A DNA stretch of 63,464 nucleotides, the filler included, from Folioceros fuciformis (Eukaryota): the NCBI GenBank assembly GCA_049999805.1. It is 7 parts of 7 records of this genome, joined end to end, with 100 filler letters (N's around TTAATTAATTAA, not from the genome) between each part and the next. Parts side by side here need not be neighbours in the genome. Positions count along the whole stretch, not along the records: positions 38,761 to 45,069 come from JBNGIO010005355.1; positions 45,170 to 48,645 come from JBNGIO010005356.1; positions 48,746 to 53,182 come from JBNGIO010005357.1; 4 more parts are not named here. One strand, 5' to 3'. Both the position numbers and the translations under genes were made by a program. The number at the start of each line of letters is the position of its first letter. Position 1 is the first letter of the stretch. Of the stretch, positions 40,701 through 53,182 are shown in pieces. Under the pieces are notes generated by a model that ran no database searches, was not told the origin of the DNA, and saw only the letters and a program-made list of their open reading frames with translations.

Positions 40701-41176
40701 ACACTATTGTAGCCTTAAGGTGAAGAGTGATGTCTTCAACTCTATTCTAACCTTAAGGTGAAGAGTGATGTCTTTGGTGTAGGGTTATTAAAGCCCAATG
40801 TGCTTAGGCTAATGTGTTTAGTCTAAGATTAGTGTCTAGTTAATGTGCTTAGACTNNNNNNNNNNAATGTGCTTAGACTAATGTGTTTAGTCTAAGATTA
40901 GTGTCTAGTTAAGTATCATTAGTTTAGATTAGCTTAAGCTAATCTGTAGGAAGCTTCTTGCGCAGCTTCCTGTGAGCTTCTTGTGAAGCTTCCTAGGGAG
41001 CTCTTCTAGAGGGTATAAATACCCCCTTGAGCTCCCTTGCCAACCACTCTCAATGTGACCTCTTTTTCTCTTCTCCTCTCTGCCTCCTCTTCTCCTCTCC
41101 TCCACCATGCTCCTCTAGTGGTCCTACATTTGGCACTATTGTAACCTTAAGGTGAAGAGTGATGTCTTCGGCACTT
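40675..41176. repeat. 38-bp minisatellite, interrupted by a solo LTR; further copies at 43401-43472
   Basis: Unit ccttaaggtgaagagtgatgtcttcggcactattgtaa, about 4 copies here. Confidence 0.85.
40778..41128 (-). mobile_element. Solo LTR with 5-bp TSD TTTGG; related copy at about 57538-57966
   Basis: TGTAGG..CCTACA termini; TTTGG at 40773-40777 and 41129-41133; internal TATAAATA. Confidence 0.85.
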
Positions 41177-41183
41177 TCGCTCG

Positions 41184-41400
41184 AAAGTATACAATATGGG
41201 AAGAAGGTGATGGTAAAAGAAGAAACCAACAACTCTCCTTCAAAGTATACTCTATGGGAAGAAGTGGATGACGAAAGAGGAAACCAATATTTCTTCTTGA
41301 AAGTATAAACTATGGGAAGAAGCGGATGGAGAAAGAAGAAACCAACAACTCTTCTTGAACGTATATACTGTGAGAAGAAGCCGATAGAGAAAGAAAAAAA
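41184..41400. repeat. Degenerate ~58-bp purine-rich tandem repeat x4
   Basis: Recurring aagtatac..tatgggaagaag..gaaaccaacaactct. Confidence 0.7.
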
Positions 41401-41607
41401 GCAACATAGTAATAAGAAAAATGTGTTCATTGTTAAGAGCCAATAATAAGAATAGTGCCGTGATTGTTGAAAGTATAGATGATGGAAGAAGTTGATGCAA
41501 AGAATGAAGACCAAAAGAATACTAGAGCCTCAACGTCATCACACGTATGGATAAGTAAAGAACTCAAATCTCATGATAAACATTAGCCTAACTATACTTT
41601 ATAAAAC

Positions 41608-42603
41608 TTGAGGCCCATTGGCTCCTCATATACTCAAAGTTATGTACCCTAAACTATAAGACTTATGGCTTATCCATGGGCTCCTTGTATACTAAAAGTT
41701 AGGTACCCTAAATTATAAGACTTATGGCTTATCCATGGGCTCCTTGTAAACTCAAAGTTATGTACCATGAATTATAAGACTTGAGGCTTATCCATGGGCT
41801 CCTTCTATACTCAAAGTTATGTACCCTGAATTATAAGACTTGAGGCTTATCCATGGGCTCCTTTTATACTCAAAGTTTTTTTTATCATGAAGAAAAGAAA
41901 TCAAATTAAAATAGCATGAGACTGCAACAAGGGTTGCTACACACCGCAACCAAGCTATGAGTTAGCGTTTAAAGCTAGGTCCTGGACTGAATCAACAAAT
42001 GACTCTTTACCTATCTGATTATCTAGGCTGCTCCCTACGGTCCAAGTGGGGAGGTAACCTTACCCTAAACCCAAGGCAAGAATGAATCCGTTGGTTGTTG
42101 TGACCGGCTGATTTCCACTCTTTCCACTTGAACTTGGTAGGAGTAGATTTTCGTATACTGTCAGCAACCACCAGCACCTGTTCCCAAATACACCATAGCA
42201 TAGCTTTGCTTAACATTGGATCTCTCCCTCCATAGATCACTGACGTCCATTTCAGCTAGAGGGAAAAGAGTGAGGGGGACCATACCACACCCCACCATTG
42301 ACTCTGGAGCAGTGGCCTTCCCGAAGCCTCATTGAGCCCGAATAGAGGTGTTTGCTCAAAAGCGACGAGGTTACTCTTGGGAAGGAGTACTTGTAGCCAC
42401 CTGTCAACTTCACTCCAGACACCTTGCGCATAATCTATACTCAAAGTTAGGTACCCTAAATTATAAGACTTGAGGCTTATCCATGGGCTCTTTATATACT
42501 CACAGTTATATACCCTAAATCATAAGACTTGAGGCATATCTATGGGCTCCTTATATACTCAAAGTTATATACCCTAAATCATAAATTTGAGGCTTATCCA
42601 TGT
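41608..42603. repeat. 59-bp minisatellite array split by a LINE fragment
   Basis: Unit gaggcttatccatgggctccttatatactcaaagttatgtaccctaaattataagactt, e.g. at 41783 and 41842; the array resumes at 42436. Confidence 0.9.
41876..42435 (-). mobile_element. 5'-truncated non-LTR retrotransposon (L1-like 3' end)
   Basis: A8 tail on the minus strand (T run at 41876-41883). TSD tatactcaaag at 41865-41875 and 42436-42446. The Trp-rich minus frame (VWSEVDRWL..LFG..WWGVVW) resembles an L1 ORF2 C-terminus. Confidence 0.65.
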
Positions 42604-43558
42604 GCTGTGAGGATGTATGTGACATAGGCAGGACTGTGGCTCCATGGCTCCACATGTTTATGTGTTTGCTATGTGCCCACGTGTTTATGTGTCTGTAGAC
42701 TCGGTGAGCTCAATTTACAAGGGGAGGTTGTTTGATGATGCCGTTGATTATGGTGTGCAAATGCTTGTGAAGTGAGCAAGTGCTTTTTCTCTCTCCTTTC
42801 TTAATGCTTTTCATGCATGTGAGGTTGGTCATGCATGTATGCATGCTAGCAAGTAAACTTCCTACAATGCTACCTCTTCTCGTATCAGCATGTGATTGAT
42901 AGATAGGTGGCCCTTAGTCGTAGAAATTCATGGCCGACCAAATGCCCTCCGTGTCTTTGTCTTCTCTTTGTAATTCCGTGTTAGCCTAAGGTTGTATTAA
43001 TATGATTTTCCCGTAAAACAAAAAAAAAAACTTGTTTTCTATTAGTGTTTCTAATTTAGTTTATTTCAATGTATTTTTTTCCCTCCTAGACATGGACATC
43101 CTTTATTTTAAGCTAGATGGGTGCCTTTCATCGGAGGTTGTGTGTTGCACATGTTCTTGTCACTATTCTCCTTCTTTTGTGTTCCTAGAGTGAGCATAGG
43201 TCCATGTGGTTAAGAATTGTTATGTTGGGCAATTGGTCAATATGTTAAACTTTGCCCTTGCTTCATTTAATGGCTAGAGCTTTCATTTTGTTCAACTTAT
43301 CCTTGCCCTTGTTGGAACCATTTGTGTCTTGCATTGTGTGGATAATGAAACAAGTGTGTATGAGTAACTTAGGTTTCAAGTGTTCCTTCATGCTCAAAGG
43401 CTTAAGGTGAAGAGTGATGTCTTCGGCACTATTGTAACCTTAATTTGAAGAGTGATGTCTTTGACACTATTGCAGCCATATGGTGCAACGCCAAATAGGG
43501 CATGTGGTCAAGTGCTTTTGAATAAGAAATGGAGGAGAATTCACAGGAGACAAGTTTG

Positions 43559-44934
43559 TGACGTGTTCTGGCTTGAGTGGCTGCTGCATCTCCTTTTCAA
43601 GGCTTCGAGTCCCCACCCCAATGCCCCCCCCCCCTTCCTCCACCAAGGAACTTGTCTGATTGTAAAGGGCGAGATTTGTCAAGGGCCCCATTCAAGAAGA
43701 ATAGAGCCCGAAAGGTACGGTCACCAAATCTCCCAGGCCGCCCAAGCACTCGTTGAGAAAGGACCAAGGAAATTATAGCTACATTGGCCGTAGGGTAGTG
43801 TTGCCACATTGGTGGCTAGTCTCTGCCCTTGCCCATCATAGGGAACCAAGCAGCTAGCACAAACGGCCTGTTGTTAAACTCCATAGTTAAATATAGTAAC
43901 CACGGTCACTATGTTACCTAGACTAGGGTTAGATATATTTTGAAGGGTTACATAGTTAACACTTAGGGTTTAGTATTTAAGACCAACTCTTTGTAATCAT
44001 TGTTATCTCATTCATTATTCAAGTTTGTTGTTCTCTCTAAGCAATATCGTCATGGTATCAGAGCAAGGTATCATCTATCTTCCGCTGCATTGCTAAGAGA
44101 GACATGCAGACACTCCCTATGATAGAAAACGCCTCGCCGCAATAGGAATCATGTGCCTGCAAACAGGGGCTTCTTTAATCTCATCACTAATAGATGTATC
44201 AGAGAGAGGGATCGTCTAAGGCACAGAGGCCGACTATCATGATCATCTTCATTAAACAAAACTCCATCTTTGCACCAGGGTTTCGCATTTCTATGCGCAC
44301 TTAGGAACGGGATTGCACGCAGATAAAGCCAGGATCCGCCAACTTGCGGAAGGACCAGGTTTAGTTCCAACTAGATTCCCGTACTCACCAGGGTTGAACA
44401 TTTGCATTAGGCGCAAGGTGCATGGCAGGACCAGCCATAGGACTTTTTTCAACACTGCAAGATCTCTGCCTCCTGGCCGCACGACCTCACGTACATAGGA
44501 TCTACCGCACTGCCTGTGGATCGGGATAAGCACTACAACGCACGAAGCGATCAGGTTTAGCCGCACAGAGTATGGTGATCGCACTTAGGATCTACCGCAC
44601 GGCCCTTGGTAATACATCTAGTGCCCATCACACAGCCCGTAGCCACAGGCTGCACCACATAGAGTTCTCGATGAGCCGAAGCCAGCATGCACAGATCTGC
44701 TAGCCTCGTACTCACAGGATCAGGCGCACGGAGTGAAGATCATCCCATATTTCTCTTGCACGTCATAGCCTACTAAGAGCGCTTGGAAATTTCTTGCACA
44801 TACCACTCCACACACACTTCTCGTGCACCTGTTAACTTCACATGGCTGGAAATTCAGGTAGCCAAGGCTCGGATGGCGAGGATGTCGGCGTTGATCCCAA
44901 ATTCCTTGCAGGAGGCCATGCTACAGATGCGGGT
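43559..44934 (+). mobile_element. 5' LTR, tRNA-iMet PBS and leader of an LTR retrotransposon
   Basis: ..atcgtCA at 44052 directly followed by TGGTATCAGAGC (44053-44064). The LTR start TGACG at 43559 is tentative. Confidence 0.65.
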
Positions 44935-45069
44935 TGTGGAGGCAAAACCCCGGGCACTGATTGCCGACGGATTCCACCTTTAGTGGCCACACTTATCCCA
45001 CTGTCGTTGAGACATTGGGTTTCGTTCCCACGAAGGAGCGATGGGGTTCCTTGTTGCTGTGGATGGAGG
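44935..45069 (+). mobile_element. Family E terminus, third copy
   Basis: Near-identical to the sequence from 37867, ending in a gap. Confidence 0.8.
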
Positions 45070-45169
45070 NNNNNNNNNNNNNNNNNNNNNNNNNNNNNNN
45101 NNNNNNNNNNNNNTTAATTAATTAANNNNNNNNNNNNNNNNNNNNNNNNNNNNNNNNNNNNNNNNNNNN

Positions 45170-47307
45170 AACTTGAAATACCACTCCCTGGGTGCCTGCT
45201 TCAAACCATAAAGGCTTTTCTTTAACCTGCACACTAGATTCTCTTTGCCCTTCTCAATGAAACCCTCTGGTTGCTGCATGTATACCTCTTCCTGGAGATC
45301 ACCATGCAAAAATGCCGACTTCACATCCATCTGGACAAGTTCCATGTCGAGCCTCGCAACCAGACCAAGAACACATCGCAAGGTGGTCATTTTGACAACC
45401 GGTGAGAAAATCTCATCAAAGTCAATACCTTGCTGTTGCTTAAAACCCTTCGCAACCAATCGTGCCTTGTACTTGGGTTTGCCATAATGGGGTATGTCCT
45501 TCATCTTATACACCCATTTGCATGGCAGCGCCTTTTTGCCCTTAGGTAACCGAACCAATTCCCAAGTTTGGTTCTTGTGGAGTGAATCCATTTGCGACTG
45601 CATTGCCTTCTCCCACTTGTCCTTGTCAGTCACTGACATGGCTTCTTGGCAACAAGAGGGCTCCCCACAATCCGTCAGCATGACATAATCAAGAGATGCA
45701 ACATACCTGTCAGGAAGACGTGAAATCCTTCCTAACCTGCGAAGTACTGGCGCCTCGACCGGAGCTGGTTGCACTCTCTCCTCTTGTACAAGTGGAGGAA
45801 CTTGTTCTTGCACATCACGACGTTCAACCTGCGCAGGACGGTCAAATCCGTCTTCTTGGAAGACCACCCGTCGCACCTCCACAGTTGGAGTAGGTTTCTT
45901 GTGCATCTTGGTCTTATTGAAGAATACGTCATTGTTGTGAACCATCCTCTTGGCTACTGGATCCCATAGACGGTATCCCATCTCACCAGATTCACCATAG
46001 CCAAGAAAAATACATTTCTTGGACTTGGGGGCCAACTTGTCCCGAAACTCCTTCGGAACATGGTAGTATGCCTCGCAGCCAAATACTCGTAGATGCTTGT
46101 ATGACGGCTTCTTTCCCGACCACATCTCCTCTGGAGCGTGTTCATCCACAGCCCTATTAGGAGATCTGTTAATAAGATGCATTGCAGTAACCACTGCTTC
46201 TGCCCAAAATCCGTTAGTCAATCCAGAGTTTGACAACAAACTACGCATCCTTTCCTGGATGGTCCTGTTCATCCGTTCGGCCACACCATTCTGGGGAGGA
46301 GTATACGGGGCAGTCAATTCTCTCCTGATTCCCTTGGAATCACAGAATGACTGGAAAGCCTTAGAAACATACTCTCCCCCATTGTCTGTCCTTAGACATT
46401 TCAGTCGCAGGCCAGACTGATTCTCCACAAGGGTGACGAACTTCTGAAACACTGTCAGAACATCATCCTTTTTCCTCAAAGGATAAACCCACACCTTGCA
46501 TGAGAAATCATTTATGAAAGTGACAAAATAGGATGCACTGCCTAACGATACAGTGGGCATAGGTCCACAAACGTCACTATGAACCAACTCAAGAGGTTTA
46601 CTTTTGTGTTTACCTCTTGCTCCATGTGGTGACTTCGTCTGTTTCCCATACAAACAGTGCTCACACATGGAGAAATCGGAGAAGTCAAAAGCAGGGACGT
46701 AACCAAAACGAGATAGTATCTTCATTCCTTTTTGAGACATATGTCCTAACCGACTATGCCACAAGGAAACACTTGGCTGTTCTGTTACACAAATCACATG
46801 ATCCTTGACAGTGGTTACCTGAAGTGAGTACAAAGTGCCACACTTCGATCCACGAGCTAACACAAGAGAACCTTTGGAGATCTTCCAAGAACGATCTCCA
46901 AACCAACAGTGGTAGCCAGCGTCATCCAACTGCCCTGCAATAATCATGCTCTTAGCCAACTTGGGAACATGCCTAACATCCTTTAGTACGAATAAAGATC
47001 CGTTGTCGAACTTCAACTGCACATCACCAACGCCTGCAATCTTGCATGCGTAGTTATTTCCCAGCCGTACACATCCTTTCCTAGTAGCATCATACGTGCT
47101 AAACCACTCCCTATGCGGAGTAACATGGAAAGATGCTCCATAGTCAATTATCCGACTAGAGAATAAGTGACTCTCAACAGCTGTCAGTTGTGCAGAATCG
47201 AAGGAAGAAAAGATAAGAACATCTCCATCGTCAACAGAATTCACCTCATTAGGCTTGGTGCTCGGACTTGCTTTGTTATCGCTTTGCTTCTTCTCCTTTC
47301 CTTTGTC
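45170..47307 (-). mobile_element. Ty1/Copia (Tnt1/Tork-like) pol: protease, integrase and start of RT in one open frame
   Basis: [85 protein letters not shown]. Confidence 0.95.
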
Positions 47308-47407
47308 NNNNNNNNNNNNNNNNNNNNNNNNNNNNNNNNNNNNNNNNNNNNNNNNNNNNNNNNNNNNNNNNNNNNNNNNNNNNNNNNNNNNNNNNNNNNN
47401 NNNNNNN

Positions 47408-48243
47408 TGGGCATAGGTCCACAGACGTCACTGTGAACCAACTCAAGAGGTTTACTTTTGTATTTACCTCTTGCTCCATGTGGTGACTTGGTCTGTTTCT
47501 CATACAGACAATGCTCACACACGGAGAAATCGGAGAAGTCAAAGGCAGGAACTAATATAAACGAGATAGTATCTTCATTCCTTTTTGAGACATATGTCCT
47601 AACCGACCATGCCACAAGGAAACACTTGCCTGTTCCGTGACACAAATCACATGATCCTTGACAGTGGTTACCTGAAGCGAGTACAAAGTGCCACACTTCA
47701 ATCCACGAGCTAACACAAGAGAACCTTTGGAGATCTTCCAAGAACGATCTCCAAACCAACAGTGGTAGCCAGCGTCATCCAACTGCCCTGCACTAATCAT
47801 GCTCTTAGCCAACTTGGGAACATGCCTAACATCCTTTAGTACGAATGAGGATCCGTTGTCGAACTTCAACTGCACATCACCAACGCCTGCAATCTCGCAT
47901 TAGTAGTTATTTCCAAGCCGTACACATCCTTTCCTAGTAGCATCATATGTGCTAAACCACTCTCTATGCGGAGTAACATGGAAAGATGCTCCAGAGTCAA
48001 TTATCCAATTACAAAATAAGTGACTCTCCACGGCTGTCAGTTGTGCAGAATCGAAGGAAGAAGGGATAAGTACATCTCCATCGTCAACAGAATTCACCTC
48101 GTTAGGCTTGGTACTCGGACTTGCTTTGTTGTCGCTTTGCTTCTTCTCCTTTCCTTTGTCCTTTTTGAACTTCTCGCAGTCCTTCCTGATGTGACCCTTC
48201 TTGTGACAATGGTAACACTCAACATTGTTACGACTACGAGATT
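47408..48243 (-). mobile_element. Second, slightly diverged copy of the same Tnt1-like Copia (gag CCHC to integrase start)
   Basis: Near-duplicate of about 46555-47307 with substitutions and a stop; CYHCHKKGHIRKDC, WIIDSGAS. Confidence 0.9.
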
Positions 48244-48645
48244 TGTTAAGCATGATTAACGTTGATATTAATTAGTGCTAATCCAGCTTATTGAGTTTGT
48301 ACTAATTAGTGGTAAGAGTGATTAAGGTTATGATATATATATATATATATATATATAGCTTATTAGACTTTGCTATGTTGGGCAAAAGAAGTATTGTAGG
48401 GTCATTTATCCCATATTGGGCACGAAATGAGAGTGCCACCCATAGGTCCATAAAAGAAGGGATGAACCCACTTAGTATAGGCAGTCTAACTCCCTCTTCA
48501 CTTGTATTGTGTTGTTTTTGTAATTCTCCTTTTTTATTTGAGTTTAAGAGCCTTGTTATAGTGCTCTTAGTTTTGGGATTCTGCATCTTGCTTCAACTAA
48601 CTTGTTTTAACCTCCTTTGAGTATGGCGGGGGTGACATCTCAACA
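48244..48645. mobile_element. LTR (402 bp) inserted in Copia gag; second partial copy at 57084-57264
   Basis: TGTTAAG..CTCAACA termini. Both copies start at the same TG. Contains an (AT)n tract. Confidence 0.75.
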
Positions 48646-48745
48646 NNNNNNNNNNNNNNNNNNNNNNNNNNNNNNNNNNNNNNNNNNNNTTAATTAATTA
48701 ANNNNNNNNNNNNNNNNNNNNNNNNNNNNNNNNNNNNNNNNNNNN

Positions 48746-51700
48746 TAACAACTTACAAACTTTGTTTGGGTGATTTTTATCTACATACCCTTTAGGTTGG
48801 CGCATGTAGATAGTCTCCTTTAAAGTGCCATTCAAGAATGCGGTCTTCACATCCATGTGATGCATGGCATAGTCATGTTGTGCAGCAACCGCCAGTAGGG
48901 TCCGCACAGATGTTGCTCGTACAACAGGTGAGAATGTTTCAGTATAGTCCAGACCTGCTACCTGGCTGTAGCCTCGTGCAACCAAGCGTGCTTTGTATCT
49001 AGCAATTGAACCATCTGAGTTTAGTTTCTTTTTAAACACCCATTTGCATGTGACCGCTTTGCGTCCGGGAGGAAGGTCCTCCAACACCTAAGTTTTATTA
49101 TCAATAATTGATTGGTACTCGGACTGAATTGCAGCAGTCCACTTCTCCTTGTCTACTGAATTGATTGCCTCCTGATATGATTGAGGTTCTTCCAGGTCTA
49201 GTGGTTCATTCCCATCTTGCACTAGAAATGACTGGTAGGTCAAAGGTGGTTCCTTCCAGACAGCTGGAGATGATGTGTGCCTCCGAGAGCTTCGTCTTGG
49301 AGCTGCTACCTCTTCAGGTTCAGGTATATTGTCATGCAGTCCCTCTATTCCAGAGTTATCTTCCACAGATGATTCCCTAATTTCAGTGTCTACTGCAAGT
49401 GTGTCAATTGGAAATCCGACATAGTCATCATCCGGGAAGTCTGAGGGTTCCTCTTCTGTGTTACTATCAGACTGCTGTAGGGTAGAACTTGTTTGGTTCT
49501 GGTTAGCTGGAACGTAAGGGTGAACAGCTGAAGTCTGATTAACTGGAAAGGAAGGAGGACTGTCTGACTGAGTTGTAACGCCTTCATGGTCATCATCAAG
49601 GTCAGGTTGGGGTACAGCAGAATTCAGGAGTAGCTGCTCATTAAATACCACACTGCGTGCATGTGTTGTTGTTCTAGTAGAGGGATCAAACAGCTTATAG
49701 CCCTTTATACCTTCTGTATAGCCAATAAAGATGTACTTTCGGGCTTTGTAATCTAACTTAACCCTTTGCTGTTCTGACAGGTGTGCATAAGCTGGAGACC
49801 CAAATATTCTCAAGTGGTTAATTCGGGGCCTATGTTTTGTCCATCTCTGGAAGGGAGTGGCACCCGAGAATGCACTAGTGGGTACTCTATTTCTGACATA
49901 GACTGCAGTTGCTATGGCTTCTGCCCAGTAATCACGGGAAAGACCAGACAGCTTTAGCATAGACTTAGCAGATTCCTGAAGATGCTTATTACTCAACTCT
50001 GCTAGAGGATTTTGCGAGGAAGTATAGGGTACGGTGAGTTGCCTGACTATCCCCAGCTCCTTGCAATAATCCTTGAAGGCATTTGAAGTGAACTCACCCC
50101 CGTTGTCGCTGCGCAGGGCAATCAGAGTTTCTCCAGTCTGCCATTGTGCATATGGTACATACTCCTGAAAACAACCCAAGGTCTGGCTTTTCTCCTTGAT
50201 CAGGTATACCACAGCATATCTACTCCAGTCATCCAAGAATGTAAGAAAATAGAGTGCTTCTCCTAGGGAAGTTGTAGACATAGGGCCGCACAGGTCAGTG
50301 TGGACCAGCTCAAGTGCCTTGGTGGCCCGAGTAGGATTCACATCCTTGTATGGTAGCCGATGGTGTTTGCCAAACACACACGACTCGCAGAACTGTCTTT
50401 CTACAAACTGAAGCACAAATGGCTCTCTATAAAGGTTGGTGTTGGCCACCATTGCCTTTAGCTTGTCAAAGTTTACATGGGCAAGTCTGCAGTGCCACAA
50501 CATAACTGCCTCCCTCCTTTTGGTTTCACGGCTGACATTGGCGTGTGCTTGTGCAGGTTTGAGACCAAACTTGGAGGAAATGTTCAGCTAATACAGGTCA
50601 TGGAAAGGTGCACCTGTGGCTAAGACTTTATTTTTATGTTGGGGATCTATAACAGTGCATTGCAGACCTCTAAAAGAGACATCCAGGGTGTTATGTGCTG
50701 TTAACTTACGGACAGATACCAGATTCTTGACCATGGCTGGCACATGGAGGACATTTGTAAGAACAAGTGTTGTTCTATCTGGAAGTAGGACAGGTACTGC
50801 TCCTATGCCTACAATCTGTAGACCACTATCATCCCCAAGAAGTACAAACTGACCAGGTGTAACATTCTTGTATTCAGAGAAAGACCTCTTGCAGTGGCAG
50901 ATGTGGGATGAAGCCCCGGAGTCTATGAACCATACATGCTTGTTAGATGTTGTTGACACCATACAGACTGCTAGGATGGTACTAGATTTGCGGTGAACAA
51001 CATTAGACTCAGGTGGTGCTGTCCGATGGGGTTCATTGGCCTTTTTCTTACGACATTCAGCCTCCCAGTGGCCTGGGATTAGGCACCAGTTGCATGGACC
51101 TTTTTTCTTTGCTGAAGGTGCTGCTTGTCGCTTCTTGTAATTGCCACTGCTGCTATTATTTGGCCAAGGCTGACGAGGTGGTTGCTTCTTTGAGCCTTTG
51201 TGTGTGAAGAGCGCCCGGTTTGAAGTCTCTCCTCGGAGAGAGTTGCCACCTTTGCTTGCCTTACGAGTGGACTCCTCTTCAAAGAGTGCTCCAATCACGT
51301 CGGACAGAGTGACTGCAGGTGCTTGGCCTGCTGGAGTTGCCTGAGCAAGATTCCTTAGCGACGAACTTTGGTTGCTGACGAAGGTCCAGTAACTTTCTGG
51401 TAAGGATAACAGCAACGCAATAGCAGCCTGCATCTCAGTTATTTTGGTGCCACTAGAAGAAAGCTTGGATCTGAGCATCCTGAATTTGATGACATGTTGT
51501 TCAACTGATTCATGTTCTTTCATTTTCAGGTTGTAAAAGTCCCTTGTAGTGCTGACCATTGATGTTCCATTAGTCACTTGGTATACTTGAGTAAGTGAAT
51601 CCCAAACAGCCTTGGTAGAGTCCACATCTCTTGTATGGTACATCATGGTTCCATCCAGCGCTGACTGAATCACTCCCAAAGCTCTCAAATCCAATTTTGT

Positions 51701-53182
51701 CCAAGCATCAATGTCAGCCTGTGCTGATCCAGCTGCAGGTTTGGGTACAGCCCCTGTGACTACTCCCCAGAGGTCATGTTCCTTGAGAATGGTTTGTACC
51801 CGTAATGACCAGATGTCAAATTGTGTTCCATTAAATCTGTCTTTTTCTTTAAAATCTACCTTTAAATAGTGTACGGTAGTATTGTTAGTCACTGTGTTGG
51901 GCTGTTGTGTACCCATATTTAAAACAGCTGCGTGTGCAGCAAGTGCAACTCTTCCTAATTGGGCTGCGTGACTATTTACAGATTCTGATGTAGTTGAGCT
52001 TGACTGCGAGGACGTGGGTTGCTGATTAAAGGACAAAGGATCAACAACAAAATTTGGATTGGCATTTTGTTGGCGACCCCTGCCTCTACCTCTACCCCTA
52101 TGGTTTGGGTTATGTAATCTTCGCCCTCGGCTGTTATATGACATGTGCCCCCTGATCATGAGATGCCTCAGCCTCCAAGGCCTGAATTTGTTCAAGCTGG
52201 GTTGGAAAAGAAGCTAGGTAGGCCTGAGACATCTTTATGAAATCAGAAGTTGGATTTTGCACAATTGGAGATTTCTCTGAGGTCCTGACAGCAGGTTGTG
52301 TGTGCTGTGTTGTGTTCAGGTCATAGACTTGTCCTGATAGCGACTCAACGTGACGGCTGAGTGAGTGGACCTGGTTCTTTATGGACGAAATGTGTTCTTT
52401 GGTACTATTTGATTGTGCCTTGACCAGATCCTGAATTTTTGAGTGAAGTTTATCAATTGTGCATGAAGAGGTGTCAAGCTTGCGTGAACAAGAACTACAC
52501 AAATTGGTGCGTGCTAGTAGCTGTGCTCTTTGTTCTGAAATTGAGAGTGTAGCTACAATTTCTTGTCTAATTTGGTTTCTCAAATTTGCTAGTGGGTCAG
52601 GTGTCACTGAGTGCATGTCCTGACTTATGTTTGAACCTGATCTGGATTGTGCAAGGGAACGACAGCAAGTTGGGAAGAAATGCTGCAGATTATGATGTTG
52701 ATCAGCCACACTTTGTCCAGGCCTGCCTGCAAAAGGGTCACAAGAAGGGGCGTTGCGCCTTCCTCTTTGTCTAGGCATTGCGCAGGGCTCAAGAGTAGTA
52801 GTGCTCAACTGCGCTTGCTAGAAAGATTTCTGCCATGCTCCCAAACCTGCTGAGAGAATTCTTTAATGCAGCAATTACTGCCCTGAAATGCTCATGGGGA
52901 AGGTTCTTGATGCAACAGGTGCTCTTGCAAATTTTGTAGGTGCTAGGGGTCGTAGCAGGATCCATCTAACTTCTTATCTAATTGACTGATGTGCAGGGTG
53001 TCGGACATGTCCATGTGCCTTCTGTCTAGGCGACAGAGAAGCTGCTCCTAGGCAGAAGGCTCTGTGGATGTCTTCGATGCCCGCTACACTAGCTCTGATA
53101 CCATAAAGGTTAGATTAGGATCGAGCAAGAGAAAGATTAGAAGAAGAGATAATTTGCATTAGGCCGTGGGCCTTAAAAAAGC
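48746..53182 (-). mobile_element. Ty1/Copia element C (related to A): part of 5' LTR, PBS, extra 5' coding region, gag-pol with stops
   Basis: PBS TGGTATCAGAGCT at 53103-53091. Gag DRFNGTQFDIWSLRV, CNWCLIPGHWEAEC, WFIDSGAS, VHTDLCGP, LRSDNGGEF, HMDVKTAFLNG. The LTR shares taggatcgag..ggccttaa with the LTR at 28927. Confidence 0.93.
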
